Origin: Raillietiella orientalis
Lineage: Eukaryota
Direction: 5' to 3'
DNA length: 64,000 nucleotides
Assembly: GCA_036172245.1 (NCBI GenBank)
Contig: JAYWIR010000093.1
Span: forward strand, 186,001-250,000
Within the stretch, counting starts at the first letter, position 1. Each line of letters begins with the position of its first letter. The translations under genes were made by a program, and so were the position numbers. The notes under the pieces were generated by a model. The model worked only from the letters and a program-made list of their open reading frames with translations. It searched no databases and had not been told where the DNA came from. Of the stretch, positions 35,401 to 45,999 are shown piece by piece.

Positions 35401-36503
35401 TATTCACCTTGGAGACGACCTTGAGCCGTTGCGCACGCGGAGGACTTCCGCCCTGCCCCGCACCCGCAGCCGATCACATGAATCGCCAACGACCGCGGGA
35501 TGACCCAGTCGGCAGAGAGCAGTTCCGGCGGTTTCCCAGGGAAACGGCTCGCCCACGGGGGAGCGCGGACGCGGTCGCCTCGACGAACGCCGCGAACTCG
35601 GAGGTGGCGGGAGGAGCCAAATCCAGCGGCCGCGCCTTTCCCCCGGGAGTTACGGAGGCGACGGATGAAGAGCGGGCGTCCGGAAAATCCGCCGCCATCC
35701 ATCCCGGGAGAAGCGGAGGCCGCGGCGGGACTCCCTGGGGATGCGCGCCCCCTCCAAGAGGGCCCGAAGCCACTCTCGTCGCCGCCGGCATCGAGGGTGG
35801 GCGGCGAGCCCGCGGCGGGTCTCCGGGTGCCGCGTGCCGGCGCGCGAGCCGCGCCGCTGCCCCGACACGGGCAGGCGTTTGCCGCGCCCGCCCGTCCCGC
35901 GCCGGGACCGCGGCGGCGCTGCCTGCGCGCGCGTGAAAGGCGCCTGCGGTGCCGCCCGGCCGGCAGTTCGATTTCCGGAGTGCGGCCCGTCGCGCGGCTG
36001 CCATGGAAGCGACTACGAGAGGCGCGCGCGTCTCACACGTCTCGCCACCGGCAGTGCCCGACCGCTTCGCCGCCCTAGAGGAGCCGCCATGGTACGTAGG
36101 CGCCCCCCTCCTCCCGATAAGCCCGTCCGCCTGCGGGCGCGTCATGCGCGCACTCGGCACGAGTCGCGCGCTGCCGTCGGGCGCGCCGAGTCGCCCCGAC
36201 CATGCGCCCACCGTCGCGGTGCTGCTGCTGCTTTCTCTCCTTCCTTCCTGCCCCAGCCCTTACCTCGTGGTCGTCGCCGGTGACGCGACATCACGAGGCG
36301 GCCCGCTGACCAGTAAGTCGGGAGGGGAAGTCCGCGAGGTCGTCGGGCGGACTGGAAAGGGGGCGGGCAGCGTAGCCGGAAGTCGCCGCACCTTGGCGAG
36401 CGCGCGCGCGTCCCTGGGCGCCCCCTCGGTGCTGCGGCCGCGCTTTCCCGCACCTTCGCCCTTCGCGAGGGAGCGGCAGGCTCGCACCCTTCGCGACGCC
36501 CCC

Positions 36504-36560
36504 GCGGCGGCGGCGGCGGCGGCGGCAGCGGCAGCGGCTGCGGCTGCAGCAGCAGCTGCT
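36504..36560 (+). repeat. (GCG/GCA/GCT)19 trinucleotide repeat upstream of the Mth-like ATG
   Basis: Directly visible. Confidence 0.95.
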
Positions 36561-36712
36561 CGGCAGTTCGCGCGCGCTCGCGCCCGCGGCGGACGTCTTC
36601 GCCAGCTCTCCCGGTTGCTCCGCCCCAGGAAGCGCCCGTCCGAGATGTGGTGACCCCGCGCGGCGCACCTCCTTGCCCGGTGGAGCTGCGAGGAGCCAAC
36701 GCCGACGCCGCC

Positions 36713-39700
36713 ATGGGCGGACTGCTGCTGCTGCTACTGCTGCTGCTGACAACCGTCGTCGTGCTGGAGCTCGGCGAGGCCATGCTGCTGCGAAAGTGCT
36801 GCCCCGAGGGCCAGTCCCTCCGGGAGGCCAGGGGCCGCCCCACCTGCGTCCTCAGGATGACGGGCGAAGGCGCGTGGACTCCGAGCGCTGTGTGCCCCGA
36901 CCCGCGGGTGCATTTCGCCTTCCTCGGGCCGCTGGGCTGCCCCGAGGACGCCTTCGTGAGCGCCCGCGACCTGCCCGGCTGCCTGCAGGTGCTCGGCAAC
37001 GGCGGGCTCGTCTTCCAGCAGGAGTTCTACGGCCCGCACGCGTTCTGCGTCGACGAGGAGACGGTGCTGGGCCCGGGCAGCGCGGTGACCTCCCGCGACG
37101 TGGTGCACCTGTGCGCGTCTCCCGCGGACCCGGACGCCGTCGCCATCTTCGTGCCCAAGTGCTGCGGCCCGAGGCAGTCGTACGTGATCACCGACGAGGG
37201 CCACGGGTGCGCGCTGTCCGACCGCACGCACCTGACGCCGGACATCTTCGACCCGGTCACGGACGAGAAGCTGAACGTGAGCCGCGCCGTCGTGCGCCTG
37301 TTCCACCAGCGGAGCGACTTTTGCCCGAGGGAATCGCAGGTGCCCCTGTACCGCGAGCAGGCGGAGTACCGCGTGCTGCGGTCTGGGCACCTGTTCGTGC
37401 CGCGGGCTGACCACCGGGTGCTGGCCCAGGACAGCTACTGCGTGGACGCGGTGCACTGGGCGGGCCGCGAGCACGAGCTTTGGGAGGTGGCCGTGGTGTG
37501 CGCGGCGCAACGGTCCGACGTGCTGCTCGAGTGGCTGCAGGCGGAGACGTGCAACCGCAGCATCTGCGTGCCCAAGTGCTGTCCCCGCCGCAAGGCTTTC
37601 TCCAACTCGGACTCGTGCGCCCTGGTCGAAGTGGAGCTGACCTTCGAGTTCAAGGACAAGAGGGGCCACCCCGTGCACGTCCCGCCCGAGGACTTCCAGG
37701 TCATCAACCACACCCCTGTCTGCGTGAAGGACGGCTACATCCTGAGCACCGATCCCCTCGACCCGGACGACGTCTTCTACGTGCTGCCCGGAGGCGGCCT
37801 GTACCTGCCCACCGGCAGCCGCACCTTCCCCTTCGGCAAGTTCTGCATCGACACTTTCGTCAACGCCACCCAGCACTACCTGGTCGCCGCCTACTGCGAG
37901 GAGTCCTTCGTGGGCGAGCCGCCCAGGTGGGTCAACGTCCTCTACCCAGTCTGCATGGCCGTCTCCGCCATCCTCCTCGTCATCACCCTGCTCGTCTACT
38001 CCGTCGTCGTCGAGCTCAGGAACGTTCACGGCAAGACGCTCATGGCCTACATCCTCAGCCTGCTGCTCGCCTTCCTCTGCCTCATCGTCGCTCAGCTCAT
38101 CTCCGGCTACTTCGCCAAGACGTCCTGCAAGACGCTGGGTAAGTCACTCTGCCGCGCGCGCTTTCGCCCTCGCAGGCGCTGGCCGCCGCCCAGGGCACGT
38201 CCACACGCCCCTCGACACGAACCGCGCACAGCTCGCTGCAGGCACGCAGGGGCGACCCTGCCTGCCGGCGATGCGTCAGTCCCCGCATGACCGCTGCGGA
38301 AGGGCGCGCGCCGCCCTTCCTCGCCGGCGCCTTCGCTCCCGCCGATGGGCGCCCGGAGCGTGACCTCCCACTCGACCTCGCCTCCGAAGGGTGGCGCCCG
38401 CGTTCCGACGACCCGCGTACGCACACTCGTCGGCACGTACACGGCCATGTACACGTACACGTGTGTCCCCAGGTGTGACGCTGCTCTTCGCCTTCCTCTC
38501 CACGTTCTTCTGGCTGAACGTCATGTGCTTTGACATCTGGCGGACGCTGACGTAAGTAGCGCGTGACCTCGTCCCTCCCGCCGGCACGTCCGGAGGCCTT
38601 CCTCAGGCGCAGCGTCCTCGACACCCTCCGGGGGCATCCGAGGACACTCCGGGGGCCGAAGCGCAACGCAAGAGAGCTCTCGACCTCCCGCCCCCGTCCC
38701 GTGCTCCCGGCCGGCAGCGAACCCTCCAGACAGCCTCCTCCTCCTTCCCGCACCCTTGATGCGCGGCGGTTGCCGGGTCAACCCCGCGGTCCCCTCCCGC
38801 CGCGCTGCCGTGCGCCTCCGTCGGGGCTCTCCGGGAGCCGCGGCGGTTCCTGCGCGTCGTTCGCCTCTCTCCCCCACCGGGAGATAACGAAGCAGATAAA
38901 AGTAATCTCCGGGAGTGGGCGACAGGGAGGGGGGGACCTGTACGCGTTGCCGGGACGCCACGCGCGGCGCCTCGCGGCGTGCGGTTCGGCCTCTTCGGCG
39001 CTTTCTGGCCGCCTGGAGCCGCACGCACCGCGCGGCGCCCCCTTCCGGAACGCCCGCTCCGCTCGCGCCTATCGTCGCTTCGTCCTGCGCGTGGAAGGAT
39101 GGCGAGGGCGGACGGATGGATCCTGTTGGACCGAATCGCCCCAAAGCACACCGCGCCGCGTCCCGCTGGAAGACCGCAGCTGCGCTGCCCTTCGGAAGTT
39201 CAGAGGCGGCAGCAGCTGACCGCTGAAACTCCCCGCGAGGGTGTCGGTCATCTTGGCGCGGACGTCGCCCCGGGACACCGGAACGCTCCTCGAGGCGGCG
39301 GCTGCTCGCTCGGCTGGCCACGGAAGAAGCCGCGATGTCAGTACGACCCCGGTGCGCCCCGCCCTGACAACCGGCATGGTGGCCAGGAGGACGGTGACAA
39401 CGCGCCATTCGCTCCGCGCACGACACCGCCAGTTCGCTTCTGACCTGCGCGCGGCGGCCACCGAGAAGAAAACATGCGAGTGCGGCGGCAGTATGGCTAT
39501 GACCTTCCGTCGAAATCTGCCCCGTCCCGGTCATCCTCCGGACATGATCTGTCTGCTCCGACTCGCCCTGCGCCCAGCTGCGATGCGGGTGGACCTCTCG
39601 GTCAGCAAAGCCATCCGGGGCACGACCGTGGCGGGCGAATCCCGGAGCTCGGCTGACGTGCAACGGCTTCAAGATGGTTCGTCCGAGAGTTGGCCAGCGG

Positions 39701-42700
39701 CCGAGTCGTCCTCCTTGCCAGGACGAAAGCAGCCATGCCGCGAACCCTGTCCACACTCGAGCTGATCTCCACTCTCGACGGTCGGATGGTGTGCCTTGGC
39801 AAACGCGCGCCAGAAGAACGCTTTCGACCTCGCCGCCTCCCTTCGCGGGCGACCCGACCGATGACGAGTCGACCCCTCACGCGTTGACCAGCGGATTTTA
39901 CCAACTGCCACTGGCACTCGGGGTCGGGGCCGCCGCCTTCTCGGAGGTTCCCTGCGGCAGCTCTCCTTACGGGAAGTTCCGTGGTCGGGTTCGTAGGGGG
40001 AAGGAGGATGAGAGAGCATGAAGCATTCGTTCCTCCCGCGTGAGGATGCTCGGTTGCCGAGGCCAAGAGCTGGCGGGGCAGGTGCACATTCCTAGCGCGC
40101 ACAAGGGATGGGGAAATCGGGTCGACGTGCGGTCCGTCTTCCCGGAGGGTGAGGTCGGGATCAGGAAAACGTTTCCTCTCGGCGGTCGCCAAGGGAAACG
40201 GCGCGTGGCAACCTCCTACCGCTTGCTACCGAGGAGAATTCCCAGCAGGCGGCACTGGGCCGCCCTCGGGGGTGGATGCGGCGGCTTCGTCTCCCGTCTT
40301 GCGTCACGTGAGTCTCGGCCGAGCAGGCTCGCGCCCCGTTCTTCCGGAGGGGCGGGCCGCGGGTCGTTCCGACATCATGGAACGCGGACGGGAAAGTCCT
40401 CCCAACGTCCGCGGAAATGGAAGTCGTGCAAACGGACGTTCGTCTGGTACCGGACACCTCGCGATTGTCCCGGGAGGAGCAAATGGCGGAACGGAAAGGG
40501 CGACGACCGCCGCCTTCAAACGCGCAGTTTGCGTCCGCAGGCGGGGACGCTCGCATTCGTGGACTTCCGTCCGTCCCTCGTTCGGCTCGTCCTTCGAGAA
40601 TAGGGGGGAGGGCCCGCCCTGACGCGCGGGAAGCCGACCTCGGCTGGTTCTCCCCGGCGCGCGCGCGTCGACCCACAGCTCCTCCCCACGGGTCGCTCTC
40701 GATGCCGCTTGGCGACTACCGCACGGACTACCCACGGGAGCGGACGATTCCCCGCTCCGCGGCTCGTCCCGGGCGCCGGGCGTATCCTGGGGCTGCGGAA
40801 CCGCGGCTACGGTGACAGCGCTGCCGTCGGACGATCGCGGGCCGCGAATTGCTCGTCGTCTCCAGGAAAGCGGACGGCTGCGGTGGTGCCTCTTCTACCC
40901 TCCCGCAAGACCGCCATGGTAACCGCGAGATAGCGTAGGCGCAGGCGTATCGCCTGTCGCGACGGCCGGCCGGCGTCCCGTGGTGCTCCGTGCACCCCTG
41001 CTTGTGCCCTCCTTCTGGCTGACTGACGCCCCTTCTCTTCTCTCGTCGCCAGGGTGCTGCACTCTGGACACAGAAGACGCAGCGACACGCGCCGCTTCCT
41101 CGGCTACTGCTGCTACGCGTGGGGCTGCCCTCTGGTCATCTCCATTGTGGTGATCGTCGCCGACAACGTCGACACCATCCCGGACTTCGTCCCGAAGCCG
41201 AACATCGGCGTGCAGCGCTGCTGGTTCGAGTTCGGGGCGGACAGCATGTCGGCCTTCGTCTACTTCTACGGGCCCATCGCAGTCCTGCTGCTCGCCAACA
41301 TCGCCTACTTCCTGATGACGGCGGTTCGGCTGAAGAGAGCGTGCAAGGATACAATCATGGTGCGTTCGCATAAGAACAGGAACAGGTCAAGACAGCCGAT
41401 TCTGCTTCTTCACCCACCCCGCCCATGCCGCACGGGGCGCGCGCAGGTCACCCCCGCCGCCGCTTCCCGGGGAGCTGTCGGCTGCCTTGCTCACCGTGCA
41501 ACCGGAGGGGTCAGCGTCAGCCCCTTTGCAGCGTCGGGGGGAGAGCCGGCCATGAGCGCCCGGGCGGTGGATCCGGTGGCGCCCGCTCCTGGCGTGAAAT
41601 CGCGCTTTCGCGACCCTCTCGCGACGCGAAGCGGAAGGAGCGCCGCCGCAAGCGGGGCGCCTCTCTCGTCGGAGGCGTTTCCGCGAGAATCCGAGTTTCC
41701 GCGTCCCCGCCGCCACGCGACTAGCGCGAGACCCGAGGACTCCCCGCCGCCCGAGGCGCTTTCCCAGTGAACGACCAGTTCACGGCGGCCTCTCGCGCGC
41801 TCTTCGCGTCTCTCAGCTCCCGGGGACAGACGCCCGCGGTGTTGCCAGCAGCTGCACCCGCAGGTACGTGCGCCTCTGGTCAGGCCCTTGGATGGCTGCT
41901 TACTCTGGTCGCGATCATTCCTCGGAGCGCCCCGTGCAGCGGAGGAGGTCGAACAACGCGGTCGGAAGAACCTCGAGGGAGCGGCGAGTGTGAGACGCAG
42001 ACCACGGCCCAGGGAGTGCCCTTCGGAACGAAGGACGAAGAAACTTCAGGATTAGACGGGGATGTCCCTGCCAAGCGGTGCCATCGCATCCGCGGGACCC
42101 GCTCTCCACGGATAACGGGCAGAGCGCTCGGACGCGCAGCGGGCCGAAGAGCGAAGAGCAAGGCGAGCGCCATCCCGCGGCGGATGGCGGAAAGCGACGC
42201 CGAGGTCGCAGCCGACCCGCAGTGCGGACTGCTGCTGGCGAGCGGGTCGCCCCCCGGGAGACCTCCGTTCCCGCCGTGAATGGGACGCTCCGAGGGTCAC
42301 GGCTCGGGCGAGAGAGCGCGCCACTGCTCCTGTGGCCTCGCGGGCGCTCTTTTGCCTGCTCCCCCTTCTTCACCCGACCTCGGTCGCAGCATCCGCTGAA
42401 CCGCCTGGCGGCCGCGGTCGAGACGCGAAAGCGCAACTCCCGTACTCGGGTCTGCCCGCTCTTCGGAATGAGGGTGGCCGAAGGCGGAAGCGAAGACGGC
42501 GCTCCAGCGCGCCGGGAAGCCAGCCTACCTCCAGAGCGAAGGTCGACTCGCCGCGCCACTTTGCAACGCGTCCTTCGCTTTCCCTTGCGGCGGCAGGGAC
42601 GCTTTCCGCGAGGAGGGAGGGCGCGCCGCGTCGTCTTCTCGATAAGGCGTGGGCAAGTGCGAGCGTGCAGTCGCCGCGCGGTCCCGGGTGGCGCCGATTC

Positions 42701-45178
42701 CCAACTGGGGGGGGGGGGGGAGGGGAGTCCCGGGAAACTTCCCGACCAGCGTCCCGAAGCAGCGACCAATTTCTTTCCAGGGCTCTCATCTACTTGAAGC
42801 TCTTCCTCATAATGGGCCTCGTGTGGGTGTCTGAAGTCATCTCCTCGAAAGTGGGGCCGCCGCAAATTTGGTACGTCACGGACATGGCGAACGCCCTGCA
42901 GGTGAGTGCGCAACGCCCGCAGCGGCCGTGGAGGTTGCTGCGCGCTTCGCCGGCGCTGGGCACGAGAGACGTCATCCGGAGGACGTGCGGGGTCCTCGGA
43001 GCTCCCGCCAGCCGAGGAGGCGACGGGAACGCGCCTCCACCGAATGCGCCCTCTCATCCCGGCTGCCCGTATCCCGCCCCTTCCGCGCGACCGACTGCTC
43101 CTTGCCATCTACAGCATCCGACGGTTGCTTGCTCGGCGCCACGAAGGCTCTCAGGGTGAATTCCACAGGTTGGCGCCGGACGCCGCCGCTGCTCCCCCTC
43201 CCCTCCGTCGAAAAATGGGAAAAGGGAGGGGGGGGGCGAACTGCAAATCGGGAGTGGGAGCGGGCGCGAACATGCTCGTATTGAAGGGCGCCGTCCACTC
43301 TACCTCCGGTCCCGCCGCGCGAGACGGGCGGTTCGCTGCAGCCGCGATCATCTCGCAAGATTCCCAATAAATCCCGCTGGACAAACAAAGTCTCCTTTTC
43401 CCTCCCTCCCCCCGCCGAGGGAGGAACGCCAGTCGGGTGCGCGCTCATCCGCACGTGCCCGTTGCTACGGAGGTGCGGCCATGCCGCCCACTTCAACCTG
43501 TTAACCCCCGCACCCTCCCAGACGAATGGGGCGATTTGCCCGCGCGCTGCACGAGAAGGAAGCTGGCGTAGAGCCTGCGGTAGAGCGGCGGTGGCGGCAG
43601 CACACGTGGGGCTCGTTGCCGAGCAACCGCCTCCTGCACTCGAGCGCGCTCCGGTGCTTGGCGGACGCGCGCGGCATGCGAATCTCCTGCCAGACCGCCG
43701 CGCCGCCCGCATGCACGTGCGGAGAGCGCGCGTTCCCGCTCGCCGCAGAGGCGCGAAGTGTTCTCTGGAGCGCTCGCACGTCGCCCCGGAGACGCTACCG
43801 GGAAGATGCTGGATGCGGAATCAACCTCCGCAGCGCTCTCATTCAGCGCCAAAGTGCAGCAGGTGGCAGCGGGAGAGCTCAATCAGGGGCGAAGCCAAGC
43901 CGACGGGATTTCCGGTGGGAGCCATCGCGCCCAGCACACGAGCGGCCGTTGACGTGGTAACCGGCAATGACGGATGATGGAGGCGCGTTCCAGCGAATCG
44001 CGGCCAAATGGAACCTCCTCGCGGCGGGGGAAAGCGGGCGACGGGCGACCGCCGGAACGCAATCCGTTGTCTCCAAGGCGACGCCCTGTTTGCCGAGAAA
44101 GCCGAAAGCGCAGGGCGGCAGGGACGGAAGCGGGGGAGGCGGCCGCCGTTCAAGGGGCGCATCCGCGCGCGGCGTCCAGGGCGCGTTTTGCGAGATGCGC
44201 GCAGGGGGGCCGTTCAGGGAGGTGCAAAAGGCGCGCGCGGACCAAGGGGCCGGCGCCGGCGGGCGCGCGCGTGCCCGCGCGAAGCTTGGTTCCTCCCAGG
44301 ACGGTGGTCGCCGCACCGGCCGGCGGAAGGGTCGCGCGCTGCCACCTCCGCCCGTTTCCCTGGACGAGGAGGGACAGGGGACGGGCTGCCAAATGCGCGT
44401 CCGCCGGACGCTCGGCTCAGGCGGAGACGACGACGCATCACGGACGAACCGAAAGTTCGGCGTACGGGAGAGGATCTCCGGTGCGGGGTCAGAGGTGATC
44501 TACCGTCCGAAGTCGGCAGCCCTGCGGAGTGCCGCGGAGCAAACCGGCGGGCAGGCCTGCGACAGGAGGCGCGAGTTTCGTCCCACGCCGCACACGCCCG
44601 AGGCGGTGCAGCAGGAAGTCGCTCGGACGGGGCGCGAGGAGGGCTGACCGAGGGCGGGGCGCGACCGAACGGCGGGACGCATGCCTTTCCTTCCTTCCGT
44701 CTCCGGCTGCGTTCCTCCGCGAAGGAAGCCGACCGTACCGTGCTGCAGGGCGTTGTCGTCTTCCCACTCGCGCGCCGCCCCGCGACCACCGGAAGCTGCC
44801 GCCCTCTCCCGGAAAGGGCGGCTGCCGCCACTGGGCTAGGAATGAGACGCCGATGCGGCGACCTCACGGCGCTAGGTCGGCGCATGCGAAGTCGCCGCCG
44901 CGAACGCTTTCGGTGCCCGCGGACGGGCCGCGCCGGCGCGCCCCCACCTCGTCCCCTCGAGCTGGTCACCCTCACCGCGCTGCCCTCTCTCTTTCCAGGG
45001 AGTGGTCATCTTCATCATCTTCGTGTGCAAGAGGAGCGTCTTCAGGAAGGTCAAGAAGACCTACCGCAGCTACGTGGGGCGCAAGGAGAACGGAGGCGCC
45101 GCCAAGGCGACGGCCATCGACCGCGTGACCTCGACCAACTCCGGCAGCTCGTGGATAAGGATGAACTCCATGAAGTGA
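36713..45178 (+). CDS. Methuselah-like GPCR (class B3), ~712 aa; join(36713..38138,38473..38551,41053..41385,42781..42901,44999..45178)
   Basis: Strong Kozak context gccgccATGG and a poly-Leu signal peptide. Cys-rich KCC...CVD ectodomain. 7TM motifs: ELRNVHGKTL, FFWLNVMCFDIWRT, YAWGCPL, CWF...YFYGP, LYLKLFLIMG-like IYLKLFLIMGLVW, D..NALQGVVIF. Exons sum to 2139 nt (713 codons) with compatible phases. Confidence 0.92.
38900..40700 (-). mobile_element. Decayed LINE APE/RT relic in Mth-like intron 2
   Basis: RAPDGF followed by EWRVVTVLLA...VLTSRLLP (compare KAPGPDGF; NWRPITLL...LxxRL). Confidence 0.4.
43917..44009 (+). repeat. 93-nt direct repeat, copy 1
   Basis: Matches 47709-47801 with 4 mismatches by manual alignment. 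Confidence 0.92.
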
Positions 45179-45354
45179 AGGGGATCGAGGCACCCCGGAA
45201 CCGGAGGATGACTCGCCAAAGAGGATGTCCTGTCCGCTACCTCGAGGGCCCGTTCGTTCGCCGTCGGGGGTCCCGGGAGCACGGATTCATCATCCCTCCC
45301 GAACGCACCGCCCCGGGTCCCCCACTTGTGGCGCGTGGGTCCGCAAACGGTGCA

Positions 45355-45360
45355 AATAAA
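45355..45360 (+). promoter_or_regulatory. Candidate polyadenylation signal of the Mth-like gene
   Basis: AATAAA ~180 nt after the stop codon. Confidence 0.5.
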
Positions 45361-45999
45361 GTCTCGATGTGATTGCACATCCTCCGTGTACCCTCGCCCA
45401 GCAAGCAGCGGGTGCTCCCACGTCCGCCCCGCGGGTAAGCAGCGCATCCTAGGGCGGGGACAGACGCCCTCTACGGAGGGCGCAGGCGAGTGCCAGGAGA
45501 TCTTCGACGTCCCTGCTGACGGAGCCTGGAGGTTCGTTCCGCAGCCGGCAGACAGCTACCGGGAGCGGGCCTGTCCTGCGGCGCCAACGGCAACGAGGGG
45601 GAAAGGCAGGTGGACAGACCTCGTCCTTTAGGCGCCCGGAATTTTCTTCTCCCGAAGGGAAGTAAAGCGACGCTGTCCGCCCGCGCACTCTTCCGGATGT
45701 ATTGGTATGAGAACGCCGGCGGGCGATTCAGCTGGGAAAGAGGGAAAGAGGCGCGAGGGGAGAGGGGCGTCCCACCTGGCCCTCGTCCTTCAGGCGGTGG
45801 CGAACTCTTTGGCCGCTCGGATGCTCCCCGAGTTCGAGAGCGACGGTCGGCTCCGTCCGCTCACGGAGATGGCGCGGAGTCTCGCGGCTGCGCTGGCCCC
45901 GAGGGCAATCCCTTCGCTGCCTGGAAAGATTGACCCGTCCGGCCGCTACTCTGGCCCTCTGCATTACAGCAGCTGACGGAGGACGCGTTCCCGGCCCCC

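Noticed and set aside
35949..36712. Poly-Ala ORF and upstream GTG start (36647) for the receptor
   Set aside because: The ATG at 36713 has a strong Kozak context and directly precedes the signal peptide; the poly-Ala frame stops at 36653.
36734..38029. 431-aa minus-strand ORF
   Set aside because: Antisense shadow of the GC3-rich Mth-like exon.
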